Shown here in pieces: positions 8,310 to 17,653 of a stretch of DNA of 64,000 bases (within the stretch, counting starts at the first letter, position 1; the number at the start of each line of letters is the position of its first letter). The position numbers and the translations under genes are program-made. Source of the stretch: an uncultured Pseudomonadota bacterium (GTDB lineage: Bacteria; Pseudomonadota; Alphaproteobacteria; Rs-D84); NCBI GenBank assembly GCA_937885575.1, contig CALABO010000014.1:84726-148725 (forward strand), written 5' to 3'. The notes beneath the pieces are model-generated. The model worked only from the letters and a program-made list of their open reading frames with translations. It was not told the DNA's origin and did not search any database.

Positions 8310-9218
8310 ATGGCAGAAGAATTTACAGATTTACAAATGAATCCCGAAATGACCGCGGGTGAAATGTTGCGCGCGGCGCGCACTACCGGTCGGCGCAAGC
8401 GTGAGATTCAAACGATTTCAAAGCAACTTTGCATACGCGAAGAATTCCTACAGGCATTGGAAGACGGCGATTATACGGTTTTGCCGGAAACGGTTTACAT
8501 TTTGGGTTTTGCGCGGAACTATGCGATGGAATTGGGCTTGGACCCGGATTTGATTGTCGCAAAAATTAAACGGGAACTGGGGATAATGAAGTTGGCAGAG
8601 GCGATGGTTGCGCATGAAAAACCGGAACAGCCAAAGCCCGCGGCCACAGAAAAAGTCGAAAAAATCGAAAAAACTGAAAAAATCGAAAGAATTGAAAAGA
8701 AAAGCGTCATCGGTGAAAAAAAGTCAAAGGTTTTGGCTTATGTGAAAAAGCATTGGATGTGGTTCGCCGGGGGCGCGCTTGGGCTGATTGTTATTTTGGT
8801 TGCTCTGGTTTTGATTTTGCCGTCCGCCGATGAAGAAGTGCGTCCGACACATATGGTTGTTCAGGTTTCTGCGCCGCAACAGGTTATTGTGACTGAACCG
8901 AAATATACATTAGATGTGCGCGAAAAATTTGGAACCGAAAATGCGGACAATGCGGAAATAGTTATTCAGGCGGTCAAGGAATCCTGGGTAAAAATCGAAG
9001 ATGCACGTGGCAAGACGGTGTTTAGTCGTGTGCTGGTGCCGGGTGATGTTTACTATGTGCCGGCGGGGAACAAGCATAAGGGAACATTTGGCAACGCCGG
9101 CGCGATAGAGGTTTGGGTTAATAAAGAACTGGTTGGTAAAATCGGTGATGATAATGTGCGCAAAACCGGTGTCGCGTTGGATGCGGAAAAATTGGCCAAG
9201 AAAAAGTCGGACAAATAG
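8310..9218 (+). CDS. RodZ-like protein (N-terminal HTH, TM segment, C-terminal DUF4115-like domain)
   Basis: XRE-type HTH GEMLRAARTTGRRKREIQTISKQLCIREEFLQALEDGDY. EK-rich linker. TM segment WMWFAGGALGLIVILVALVLIL. C-terminal beta domain WVKIEDARGKTVFSRVLVPGDVYYVP. Confidence 0.7.
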   Translation: MAEEFTDLQMNPEMTAGEMLRAARTTGRRKREIQTISKQLCIREEFLQALEDGDYTVLPETVYILGFARNYAMELGLDPDLIVAKIKRELGIMKLAEAMVAHEKPEQPKPAATEKVEKIEKTEKIERIEKKSVIGEKKSKVLAYVKKHWMWFAGGALGLIVILVALVLILPSADEEVRPTHMVVQVSAPQQVIVTEPKYTLDVREKFGTENADNAEIVIQAVKESWVKIEDARGKTVFSRVLVPGDVYYVPAGNKHKGTFGNAGAIEVWVNKELVGKIGDDNVRKTGVALDAEKLAKKKSDK

Positions 9219-9276
9219 TGCGTTTTTTGTTCAGACCGTGGTTGAAAACTGATAAAAAAGTTCTATATTTAGTGCC

Positions 9277-12120
9277 ATGAGTGGCGTTATAAAAATTCGC
9301 GGTGCGCGCGAAAATAATCTTAAAAATATCGATTTGGACATACCAAAGAACAAATTGGTGGTCGTGACCGGTGTATCCGGGTCGGGGAAATCGTCGCTTG
9401 CGTTTAATACGATTTATGCCGAAGGTCAACGGCGTTATGTTGAATCGCTGTCCAGTTATGCGCGGCAATTTTTGGATATGCAAAAAAAGCCTGATGTCGA
9501 TTTAATAGAAGGTTTGGCGCCGGCGATATCGATTGAGCAAAAAACTACATCGAAAAATCCACGTTCGACCGTTGGAACGGTGACGGAAATTTATGATTAT
9601 TTGCGATTGCTGTGGGCGCGAATTGGTGTGCCATATTCGCCGGTGACGGGGTTGCCCATAAAATCGCAAACTATTTCCGAAATGGTCGATTTGACGATGG
9701 ACATTCCGGCCGGGACGCGCGCGTTTATTATGGCACCATTGGTTCGGTCGCGTAAGGGTGAATACAAAAAGGAAATTGCGTTTTTGGTAAAGCAAGGGTA
9801 CCAACGTGTAATTATTGACGGTGAACTTTATGATTTGACGGCGGTGCCACCACTTGATAAAAATAAAAAGCATGACATTTTCGTTATAATTGACCGGATT
9901 CAAATGCCGGCGGCGGACGCGACGGATTCGGAACGTGAAGATTTTCGTTCGCGCATTTATTCTTCGTTCGAAGGGGCGTTGCGCCTGGTGCCGGGGTCGG
10001 TGATTTTGCGGCGGTTGGATACGAACGAAGATGTTCTTTATTCGCAAAATTACGCATGCCCAGTTAGTGGCTTTGCGGTGCCGAAGATTGAACCGCGACT
10101 TTTTTCCTTTAATGCGCCGATTGGCGCGTGCAGTGCGTGCGATGGTTTGGGGGTGCAGTTAAATATGTCGCCGGATTTGGTTATTCCCGACCCGTCAAAA
10201 TCGATTTTGGATGGTGCGATTGCACCATGGTCGCGGGGTGGAATGCTGTCGCAATTTGAACATCTGATAAATGCGTTGCACAAACAATATAAAATTCCAC
10301 TTGGCAAGCCGTGGCATACGCTTAGCGAAGAACACAAAAATATTATTCTATATGGAACGGGTGATACACCGATAAAGATAAATTGGAATGGGTTCGTTTA
10401 TGAAAAACCGTTCGAAGGGGTGATACCAAACATTGAACGGCGGTGGCGCGAATCCGAATCCGACGCAATGCGGGCGGAATTGGCAAAGTATCAATCGGAA
10501 AAACCGTGCCCGGTGTGTCACGGAAAACGTCTTAATATTCAGGCGTTGTGCATAAAGATAAATGGGGCGGATATTATTGATGTTTGCGATATGCCGATCG
10601 ATGATTCGTATACATGGTTTATGGATTTGCCGAATCATTTAAGCAAACAAGAAAACGATATCGCGAAAATGGTTCTGCGCGAAATAACAAGTCGTTTGTT
10701 TTTCCTTAAAAATGTTGGACTTGGGTATTTAACAATGTCGCGGATGGCGGGAACACTTTCGGGGGGCGAAGCGCAACGTATTCGTCTTGCGTCACAGATT
10801 GGCAGTGGCCTTTCCGGCGTTCTTTATGTTTTGGATGAACCGTCGATTGGGTTGCATCAAAGTGATAATGACAAACTGCTTGAAACACTAAAAATGCTGC
10901 GCGATAAAGACAACAGTGTGATTGTCGTTGAACATGACGAAGACGCAATGCGGGCGGCGGATTACCTTATTGATATTGGTCGTGGTGCGGGTGTGAACGG
11001 TGGAAATGTTATTGCCGCCGGAACCCCGGCCCAGGTTATAAAAAATAAAAATTCCCTGACCGGTCAATATTTGTCGGGTGCAAAAAAAATTCCGGTGCCG
11101 AAAAAGCGCCGCGCCGGAAACGGAAAATCCATTACCGTATATGGTGCGCGGGCAAATAATCTGAAAAATATCGATGTGGAATTTCCGCTTGGGAAATTTA
11201 TTGCGCTGACGGGTGTGTCGGGTTCGGGAAAGTCAACATTGTTGTTGAATACGTTGTATCCGGCATTGATGCGCGCGCTGTATGGGTCAAAAATTGAATC
11301 GGGTGCGCATGATGTTATTCGCGGTATGGAAAATATAGACAAGGTTGTTGATATCGACCAATCGCCCATCGGGCGCAGTCCGCGCAGCAACCCCGCGACC
11401 TATACCGGTGTGTTTTCGAATATACGCGACTTTTTTGCCGAATTGCCAGAGGCCAAGACGCGCGGTTACGGTCCGGGACGGTTTTCATTTAATGTGCGTG
11501 GTGGTCGGTGCGAAGCATGTCAGGGTGATGGCCAGATAAAGATAGAAATGAATTTCTTGGCCGATGTATATGTGGAATGCGACAAGTGCCATGGTACGCG
11601 GTATAACGAAGAAACTTTGGCGGTTAAGTACAAGGGTAAATCGATTGCCGATGTTTTGGATATGACCGTGGACGAAGCGTATCGTTTCTTTATCAATCAT
11701 CCACAGATTAGTCGTAAATTGGAATTGTTAAAGCGCGTTGGTTTGGATTATATAAAACTGGGGCAAAGTTCGCTTGATTTATCGGGGGGCGAAGCACAAC
11801 GGATAAAACTATCCAAAGAATTGTCCGCGCGTGGAACGGGGCAAACACTTTATATCTTGGACGAACCGACAACGGGTTTGCATTTTGAAGATATTAAACA
11901 ACTGCTCGCCGTCCTGCATGAATTTGTAGAGCAGGGCAATACGGTTATTGTTATCGAGCATAATCTGGAAGTCATCAAAACCGCGGATTGGATAATCGAC
12001 CTGGGGCCTGGGGGTGGTGCGGGCGGTGGTCGCGTGATCGCAACGGGGACGCCCGAAGATGTCGCAAAAAATCCGGGGTCACTGACCGGAAAATATTTGG
12101 CGAAGTATCTGGACAAATAG
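9277..12120 (+). CDS. uvrA: excinuclease ABC subunit A
   Basis: 947 aa with two ABC modules (GVSGSGKSS twice, LSGGEAQR twice) and zinc-finger Cys pairs, colinear with UvrA. Confidence 0.97.
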   Translation: MSGVIKIRGARENNLKNIDLDIPKNKLVVVTGVSGSGKSSLAFNTIYAEGQRRYVESLSSYARQFLDMQKKPDVDLIEGLAPAISIEQKTTSKNPRSTVGTVTEIYDYLRLLWARIGVPYSPVTGLPIKSQTISEMVDLTMDIPAGTRAFIMAPLVRSRKGEYKKEIAFLVKQGYQRVIIDGELYDLTAVPPLDKNKKHDIFVIIDRIQMPAADATDSEREDFRSRIYSSFEGALRLVPGSVILRRLDTNEDVLYSQNYACPVSGFAVPKIEPRLFSFNAPIGACSACDGLGVQLNMSPDLVIPDPSKSILDGAIAPWSRGGMLSQFEHLINALHKQYKIPLGKPWHTLSEEHKNIILYGTGDTPIKINWNGFVYEKPFEGVIPNIERRWRESESDAMRAELAKYQSEKPCPVCHGKRLNIQALCIKINGADIIDVCDMPIDDSYTWFMDLPNHLSKQENDIAKMVLREITSRLFFLKNVGLGYLTMSRMAGTLSGGEAQRIRLASQIGSGLSGVLYVLDEPSIGLHQSDNDKLLETLKMLRDKDNSVIVVEHDEDAMRAADYLIDIGRGAGVNGGNVIAAGTPAQVIKNKNSLTGQYLSGAKKIPVPKKRRAGNGKSITVYGARANNLKNIDVEFPLGKFIALTGVSGSGKSTLLLNTLYPALMRALYGSKIESGAHDVIRGMENIDKVVDIDQSPIGRSPRSNPATYTGVFSNIRDFFAELPEAKTRGYGPGRFSFNVRGGRCEACQGDGQIKIEMNFLADVYVECDKCHGTRYNEETLAVKYKGKSIADVLDMTVDEAYRFFINHPQISRKLELLKRVGLDYIKLGQSSLDLSGGEAQRIKLSKELSARGTGQTLYILDEPTTGLHFEDIKQLLAVLHEFVEQGNTVIVIEHNLEVIKTADWIIDLGPGGGAGGGRVIATGTPEDVAKNPGSLTGKYLAKYLDK

Positions 12121-12165
12121 GGTTTCGTGAAATAAAATCAAACAGAAAAACATAAGGAGAATAAA

Positions 12166-12648
12166 ATGTTTGGATTCGGTAAAAAGAAAAAAGAAGAAAA
12201 TGTTAGTGTGGAAGAACCGCACGTGCCAAAGGGCATGAAGGAAACCGCCGAACGCATGATGGCGGGCGTGTTCGATATGAACGATATGCTTGCGCAATTG
12301 AAACAGATTAAGAAAATGAGTAATTTTAGTGGTTTGCTTAAAATGGTGCCGGGAATGTCGGGCGCGGTGTCGGCGATGAAAGAAAAGATAAAGGACGGAA
12401 GTGTCGATGCCCAGATTAAAATACTGGAAGCGATGACCGCCGCCGAACGCGCGGAACCGGAAAAAATCTTTGCTAATGCCAAGGCACGTATTGCGGAAAC
12501 GGCGGGCGTGACGGTGCGTGATGTGGAACACATTATTAAACAATACACAAAAATGAAACAGCAAATGTCGATGATTCAGCGCATGGGCGGCATGGAGGCC
12601 GTTATGCAAAAAATGCAACAGGGTGGCACGCCGGACGGCGCAAAATAA
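12166..12648 (+). CDS. stand-alone SRP54/Ffh M-domain-like protein (no NG GTPase domain)
   Basis: FDMNDMLAQLKQIKKMSNFSGLLKMVPGM...ILEAMTAAERAEPEKIF..AKARIAETAGVTVRDVEHIIKQYTKMKQQM is colinear with the E. coli Ffh M domain (FDLNDFLEQLRQMKNMGGMASLMGKLPGM...INSMTMKERAKPEII.GSRKRRIAAGSGMQVQDVNRLLKQFDDMQRMM). Strong RBS TAAGGAG. Only 45 nt separate it from the uvrA stop. Confidence 0.75.
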   Translation: MFGFGKKKKEENVSVEEPHVPKGMKETAERMMAGVFDMNDMLAQLKQIKKMSNFSGLLKMVPGMSGAVSAMKEKIKDGSVDAQIKILEAMTAAERAEPEKIFANAKARIAETAGVTVRDVEHIIKQYTKMKQQMSMIQRMGGMEAVMQKMQQGGTPDGAK

Positions 12649-12660
12649 AAGGGTAATATT

Positions 12661-12891
12661 ATGGATGGATATGTTAAGGATATAAGAAGTAAACCGTTAT
12701 ATGATTCAATCACTGGGAAGTTGCGCGGGTGGAAATTGAGTTGGAATTATGCTGAACCCGAATTCGGTTGTCTCTCGAGTGTCACACCAGTTTCGCGTTT
12801 CTTTGAAGAAAGGTGGTACAGGAATAGTTACAAGGCGATGTGTCGATTTACGAATGGTTTGTTAGCAAAACAAAATGAAAATAACAAATAA
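12661..12891 (+). CDS. hypothetical protein (76 aa), AT-rich
   Basis: The ORF lies 12 nt after the M-domain gene, behind AAAGGG. No recognisable motif. Visually lower GC than its neighbours. Confidence 0.4.
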   Translation: MDGYVKDIRSKPLYDSITGKLRGWKLSWNYAEPEFGCLSSVTPVSRFFEERWYRNSYKAMCRFTNGLLAKQNENNK

Positions 12892-12895
12892 AAAA
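12874..12895 (+). repeat. 22-bp direct repeat, copy 1 (duplicate of the rlmE start)
   Basis: AATGAAAATAACAAATAAAAAA is identical to 13270-13291. Confidence 0.9.
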
Positions 12896-12902
12896 GAGGT
12901 CT

Positions 12903-13271
12903 GTGATGCGTATTTTTGGACATGAAATTAAAAGACAAATCTCGGGCATAGACGATATTAACCCGATTAGTGTTGGTGGAATTTTCCCAGTTCAAGAAGA
13001 TGAGAGAGATATTCTTGGATGGGCTTTTATGGTTGTGTACCCCGGCAACCTTACGCAAAATCTAACCCCAAAATTAATATTGAATCCACAAAGTCTTGGT
13101 TATAAATCTCGTGATATTATTTTGCATTCTTTAATGGACGGAAATACAAAAGTTACGTATTATTACAGCAGGCACAAAAGCGTTGATCCCGAAGATGCGT
13201 ATCATCGGGCTTCTATGGCGCATAGTGTATTGACTTGCGCGGTAATGAACAACGAAAAACACATTGCATAA
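12903..13271 (+). CDS. hypothetical protein (122 aa), AT-rich, bounded by the 22-bp direct repeats
   Basis: The ORF sits behind AAAAGAGG. Its stop overlaps the rlmE ATG (TAATG). No recognisable motif. Confidence 0.5.
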   Translation: MMRIFGHEIKRQISGIDDINPISVGGIFPVQEDERDILGWAFMVVYPGNLTQNLTPKLILNPQSLGYKSRDIILHSLMDGNTKVTYYYSRHKSVDPEDAYHRASMAHSVLTCAVMNNEKHIA

Positions 13272-13291
13272 TGAAAATAACAAATAAAAAA
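13270..13291 (+). repeat. 22-bp direct repeat, copy 2 (the real rlmE start codon and first 7 codons)
   Basis: AATGAAAATAACAAATAAAAAA is identical to 12874-12895. Confidence 0.9.
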
Positions 13292-13930
13292 ATTGCAAAG
13301 CATAAATCTTCGGTGGCGTGGTTAACGCGCCAGGCCGCCGACCCCTATGTTGCACGGGCGCGGCGTGATGGTTATCGGGCGCGGGCGGCGTATAAACTGA
13401 TTGAAATAAATGAAAAATATAAATTTTTGAAAAACGGGCAAACGGTTGTGGACTTGGGCGCGGCGCCGGGTTCGTGGTCACAATTTATTGCGCGCAACTA
13501 TCCAAAGACAAAAATCTTTGCGATGGATTTATTGGAAATAACGCCAATCAACAATGTTGAATTTTATCAGGGTGATTTTACAACGGATGCGGCGCTAAAA
13601 TGGTTAGAAGAAAAACTAAAATTGGATGACAATGCAAATGGGGTTGTTGATGTTGTTGTGTCAGATATGGCACCGAATACCGTTGGACATCAAAAGACCG
13701 ATCACCTGCGTCAAATGGTGTTGTTGGAATATGCGTTCGATTTTGCGTGTCGTGCGTTGCGGCCCGGGGGAACATTTGTTGCAAAATCTTTTACGGGCGG
13801 AACAACGAATGAGTTATTGAAGCAAATAAAACAGAAATTCGAATCGGTTCATCATGTGAAACCGGCCGCATCGCGCAAGGATTCGGTCGAAATGTTTATT
13901 GTTGGACTTGGGTTCAAAAATAATGTATAA
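13271..13930 (+). CDS. rlmE: 23S rRNA (uridine2552-2'-O)-methyltransferase RlmE/FtsJ
   Basis: WLTRQAADPYVARARRDGYRARAAYKL, VVDLGAAPGSWSQ (SAM-binding motif), VVSDMAPNTVGH and VKPAASRKDSVEMFIV. I chose the start at the internal ATG 13271. Confidence 0.92.
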   Translation: MKITNKKIAKHKSSVAWLTRQAADPYVARARRDGYRARAAYKLIEINEKYKFLKNGQTVVDLGAAPGSWSQFIARNYPKTKIFAMDLLEITPINNVEFYQGDFTTDAALKWLEEKLKLDDNANGVVDVVVSDMAPNTVGHQKTDHLRQMVLLEYAFDFACRALRPGGTFVAKSFTGGTTNELLKQIKQKFESVHHVKPAASRKDSVEMFIVGLGFKNNV

Positions 13931-13956
13931 TGTGTCATATGAAAAAAGGAGAGAAT

Positions 13957-14469
13957 ATGCCAGTTGCAAAAAAGAAAACAACAACCGCAAAGAAATCTGT
14001 GAAACGTGCGCCGGCGCGTCGCGCGCCCGTGCGTGAGGTTCCGGTTCAAACACCGCGTCGCCGTATGGTTGGGCCGCTTTCCGCGATTGTCGGGTTTTGG
14101 CGGCGGTATTTTGATTTCGTTGGGCGTTCAACGCGCGCGGAATTTTGGTTTGGATATTTGTTTGCGTTCTTGGTGAATTGGTGCTTTGCGTATTTTGTTG
14201 GCGGAACAATTTCTTTGGTGGTTAGTGCGATTTTGTTCATCCCGGTGATGGCGCTTTCGGTTCGCCGTTTCCGTGACGCGGGGATTTCGGTTTGGCTGTA
14301 TCTGGTGCCGGTGCTGTTTGTGTATTTGATACCGGTGATTCGCGGTTCGGCATGGTATTCAATGATGGCGTTCGGATATGTGTCGTCTGGTATGGCGTTG
14401 TATGCGTTGTTCTTTATTGTCGATACCATATTCAATTTTGTTGTCGCATGCCTACCAAGCAAGAGATAA
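13957..14469 (+). CDS. DUF805 family inner-membrane protein
   Basis: GRSTRAEFWFGYLFAFLV and LSVRRFRDAGISVWLY match the DUF805 (YhaH/YhaI-like) pattern. Basic N-terminal tail. I chose the ATG at 13957 behind AAAGGAGAG. Confidence 0.7.
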   Translation: MPVAKKKTTTAKKSVKRAPARRAPVREVPVQTPRRRMVGPLSAIVGFWRRYFDFVGRSTRAEFWFGYLFAFLVNWCFAYFVGGTISLVVSAILFIPVMALSVRRFRDAGISVWLYLVPVLFVYLIPVIRGSAWYSMMAFGYVSSGMALYALFFIVDTIFNFVVACLPSKR

Positions 14470-14560
14470 GTTTAGTGGTTAGTGTAAGTGGTTAGTGTTA
14501 GTGAACCGGCGCGTTGCGCCGGTTTCATTATTTGTTTTATTTGTTTACACTACCCACTAC
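14467..14560. repeat. TAGTG-unit inverted-repeat element between convergent genes
   Basis: Left arm TAAGTTTAGTGGTTAGTGTAAGTGGTTAGTGTTAGTG (14467-14503), a central hairpin, then right arm CACTACCCACTAC (14548-14560). The arms contain the stop codons of both flanking genes. Confidence 0.8.
14504..14524. terminator. hairpin terminator shared by convergent genes
   Basis: Stem AACCGGCGC / GCGCCGGTT with loop GTT, followed by a T-rich tract to about 14546. Confidence 0.6.
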
Positions 14561-15246
14561 TTCGGGAAATGGATTGAACGCTGGGTTGCGGCGGATGTTT
14601 GCATCGCACCGAAACGCGCATTGATTACAAACGGTGTGATAAAGTTATTTATGTCTGGATTATACTGTGCGCCATTAAGGACGATGATTACAGGATTTTC
14701 CCCATCGCAATCGATACTGTATTTTGATGGATCGTATCTTTTTCCATAGCAATTACCGCTTAATGTCGCGACATAGTTCATATCGGCCAGTTCGCGGCAT
14801 GTTGGCGCGGGCCCGATTTCCCCGTTGGCAACCGTTTCTGTTGGGTTGGATAAAATTCCGTTGCACCAAACGCGCACATATTCGCCGTTCATCATAACCA
14901 GTGCGCCGTTTTGAGATGTCTTGCGCGCGCCATAGCAATCTTCGGCGGCGACATAAACGCCGGTATCAAAATCAGAATTTATTCCGTTGCCACTGATAAT
15001 TTTGTCACGGTTCATCGCAATTGGCTCAGATGCATTACCACTAAGTGCCGCCGCACATATAAACTTTCGGCCACGGCAATTGCCAGTTTCGTCCCATTCG
15101 TCATCCACGCCACGTGTATTTTTTGCATAGCACATCGCGTCACTGATGGTGCAAATTGTCGGTCGTAACCACCAATCAAGTGTTGCACCGAACGCGGTTC
15201 CGCACGCGGTACATCCAACGAATAAAATTGCAAATTGTTTTTTCAT
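14557..15246 (-). CDS. small cysteine-rich secreted protein or possible lipoprotein (229 aa)
   Basis: Internal start MKKQFAILFVGCTACGTAFG (signal peptide, possible lipobox FVGC) behind GGAAAGGAAA. Cys residues recur throughout. It lies 50 nt downstream of the 745-aa Cys-rich gene on the same strand. Confidence 0.7.
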   Translation of the reverse strand: MKKQFAILFVGCTACGTAFGATLDWWLRPTICTISDAMCYAKNTRGVDDEWDETGNCRGRKFICAAALSGNASEPIAMNRDKIISGNGINSDFDTGVYVAAEDCYGARKTSQNGALVMMNGEYVRVWCNGILSNPTETVANGEIGPAPTCRELADMNYVATLSGNCYGKRYDPSKYSIDCDGENPVIIVLNGAQYNPDINNFITPFVINARFGAMQTSAATQRSIHFPK

Positions 15247-15296
15247 TTTTCCTTTCCCCCGTATTATATCAGTTTTTTGTGTGTCGTGCAAGTTAT

Positions 15297-17534
15297 CTAT
15301 GGGGTGCGACAAATGCCCCATTTTTCATTTGCGTTTGTTTCGTTATAGAAATCGATGTACTTTGGCGCGGATGTATCGTTTGTCCATGTGCCGCCCATAT
15401 CGGTGCATTCGCGTGCAAGTATCGTTGCCATGTCGGCACGCACCGAATCCATAAGCGTATTTACATCGGCCAAGACCGATATCGGCAAAACCGCGTTTGG
15501 TTGTGCTGCGTCAGATGGACGCATGCAATACTGCATCGCATAGTTCACCATTTTCTGATACAAACTGCCCGCGTAGTCGCCACAATCAATGCCAACCTTG
15601 TGCGGGCCGTTGTCGTCGCATTCCCATCCATCCTCGGTCGGGCACGCAAAGCATTTGTGTTTGCCATCGGTCCATGTCCCAAGGTAAAATCCATGTTTGC
15701 ATGATTGATATTCGCGATTTTCCCAACACATGTATTCCGATTGTGGGTTGCCGACAATATTATTTATTAAACTATTGGCTGGTTGCACCAGGGTTCCGGT
15801 GTATGTTCCGGGTTGGACATAATTGCAGTCGGGATTGTTCGCATAGGCAATATCGCCGGGGGTATAGACGCGGCAACCGTATGGATATTCGTGTGTGGTA
15901 TCACTTGTTGGGACGCGACACAATTTTTTTGCATAGTCGCGCAGAGTGCCAAGGCAATTTTGTGCGATTTTCTGATTCACAATGTTGCGCATTTCCGTGA
16001 CCAATCGATCAAGGCCGTTCGGGCCACCACCGTAAAGGTTGCTGCACGTTTCCATTTTTTCCGAACATTGCTCTTCGGACAGTTCAAGGCGCGTGCCAAG
16101 CAACATTTGCTCTTCGATATTACTGTAATCGCGCAGGCGTTCCGTTTTCGTGTCATAGCATGTGTTCACGACATCCATACATTCGTTTTTAACCTGTTGA
16201 ATTCGTAACTGTTGCCCTTGGTATATTTCGGTTATCGCCTGGCGCAGGTATTCGTCCCAAACCGTGTCCGCAATGTCGCGACATGTTTCAAGTGTGTGTT
16301 CGGCGAATTTCCTTTTTGCGTTTAATTCGGTGACGAGTTTTGCGTTTATGCTGTTGGTTAAAATGTTGCCCGACAGTGAAATCTGGTCATTCAATTTATA
16401 GAAATTTTTTGAATATATCGGGTTGCCGGTTGCGCGTTCAATGTAAAGGCCGGTCAGATCCAAACAGTGAATATAGTTCGCCCCGCATGCCGTGTCCGCG
16501 GTTATGTTCGCACGCACGCCGGCGATACATTCATTTATTGCGGTTGAATTGTGCGCGTCATAGTTTTCAAGTCGCGCCGCGTTCATTTCCCGATTCGTTT
16601 CACGGATTGCGGCGTTTGCACTTATCGATTGTTTTTCAAGCGCGGTTAGTAATATCGAACAATCGTTTTCAATATACATTCCATATGCCGATGCAACCAT
16701 ATTTAGCGTTGTCATTGATGTGCAAGTTGGCATAACAAGTTCGGCGCACTGGGCATGCACGGCGTTATATAACGGTTCGCCCGTAAGGTTTGCGATGTTC
16801 GCGCCAGATACAATATCGGTCGTGTTCCATATTTGCCCAATGTCGCCGGCAATATCCAAAGTTCCCGCGGTCGATAGTGAATTTGTCTTTGCCTTTTTTA
16901 ATACATCGCCGATGGCGGTCAGTTTTTTTGACGATGCGGAATTGTCGCGTGTGCCGGCAAGTTTTTTTTCGCCTTCACTTGCGGTCAGCATGGCCTTGAC
17001 CTCCGCCGGGGTTTTAAGGATTGCGTCAATGTTCAAATCTTTGAAATCTTGCAATTGTGTTGATGTTTGGCTAAGTGCGTTTTCGCGCGTTTTAACTGTG
17101 TCCAGTTTTGATGAGCATATACAGCGACGATAGTGGTCGTCAATTGTTGCGCAAAACTGATCCATGCACGAAAAATACGCCGCATAGCAATTGTGATATT
17201 TTTCATCAAATGTATTTGTTGAAATTGTTTGCGCGGTTGTCGCGCGTACGGTTGCCGCGCGGTTCGGTGTCGTGCGCGTGGTTGTGCGGCCCATCGCCGC
17301 CGTTATCGCACCACGCGGGTTTGCGGCGACGCGGCCCGCACGTGCCACACGCGCAACCCCGGTTCGTGCGTTTGCCGTGCGGGTATTTGTTGTGGTGCGT
17401 GCGGCAACATTTTGACCGTCGCGGTTCGTTTCGGTTGGTGTTGCGCGCGTTGGTGAATTTTGGGTGCGAACCGCCGCCAACGCCGACATGGCGCATAACG
17501 CGCATATTGCAAAAGAAAGTATTTTTCCTTTCAT
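15297..17534 (-). CDS. large cysteine-rich secreted protein, paralog family subtype B, copy 1 (745 aa)
   Basis: Signal peptide MKGKILSFAICALCAMSALA, then a Thr/Arg/Ala/Asn-rich spacer. Family signature NCYAAYFSCMDQFCATIDDHYRRCICSS and ETCRDIADTVWDEYLRQA. Confidence 0.85.
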   Translation of the reverse strand: MKGKILSFAICALCAMSALAAVRTQNSPTRATPTETNRDGQNVAARTTTNTRTANARTGVARVARAGRVAANPRGAITAAMGRTTTRTTPNRAATVRATTAQTISTNTFDEKYHNCYAAYFSCMDQFCATIDDHYRRCICSSKLDTVKTRENALSQTSTQLQDFKDLNIDAILKTPAEVKAMLTASEGEKKLAGTRDNSASSKKLTAIGDVLKKAKTNSLSTAGTLDIAGDIGQIWNTTDIVSGANIANLTGEPLYNAVHAQCAELVMPTCTSMTTLNMVASAYGMYIENDCSILLTALEKQSISANAAIRETNREMNAARLENYDAHNSTAINECIAGVRANITADTACGANYIHCLDLTGLYIERATGNPIYSKNFYKLNDQISLSGNILTNSINAKLVTELNAKRKFAEHTLETCRDIADTVWDEYLRQAITEIYQGQQLRIQQVKNECMDVVNTCYDTKTERLRDYSNIEEQMLLGTRLELSEEQCSEKMETCSNLYGGGPNGLDRLVTEMRNIVNQKIAQNCLGTLRDYAKKLCRVPTSDTTHEYPYGCRVYTPGDIAYANNPDCNYVQPGTYTGTLVQPANSLINNIVGNPQSEYMCWENREYQSCKHGFYLGTWTDGKHKCFACPTEDGWECDDNGPHKVGIDCGDYAGSLYQKMVNYAMQYCMRPSDAAQPNAVLPISVLADVNTLMDSVRADMATILARECTDMGGTWTNDTSAPKYIDFYNETNANEKWGICRTP

Positions 17535-17653
17535 TCCTTGGTAATGTTATGCTAGCAAAAAAATAAAAATCCCCGCAAGTGGTTTTTGGAATTTTTAATT
17601 GCGGAATTTGTATGTTGTGATACAATCGTCATGTTACAAAATGGAGTTTTGAA

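Noticed and set aside
8649-8703. Tandem EK(I/V/T)EK coding repeats in the RodZ-like linker.
   Set aside because: This is a short low-complexity charged linker typical of RodZ-like proteins, with no independent repeat structure elsewhere.
9229-9243. A possible alphaproteobacterial SOS box (GTTC-N7-GTTC) upstream of uvrA.
   Set aside because: The second half-site reads GGTT (two mismatches) or GTTG at N8 spacing. This is not convincing without a genome-wide LexA motif model.
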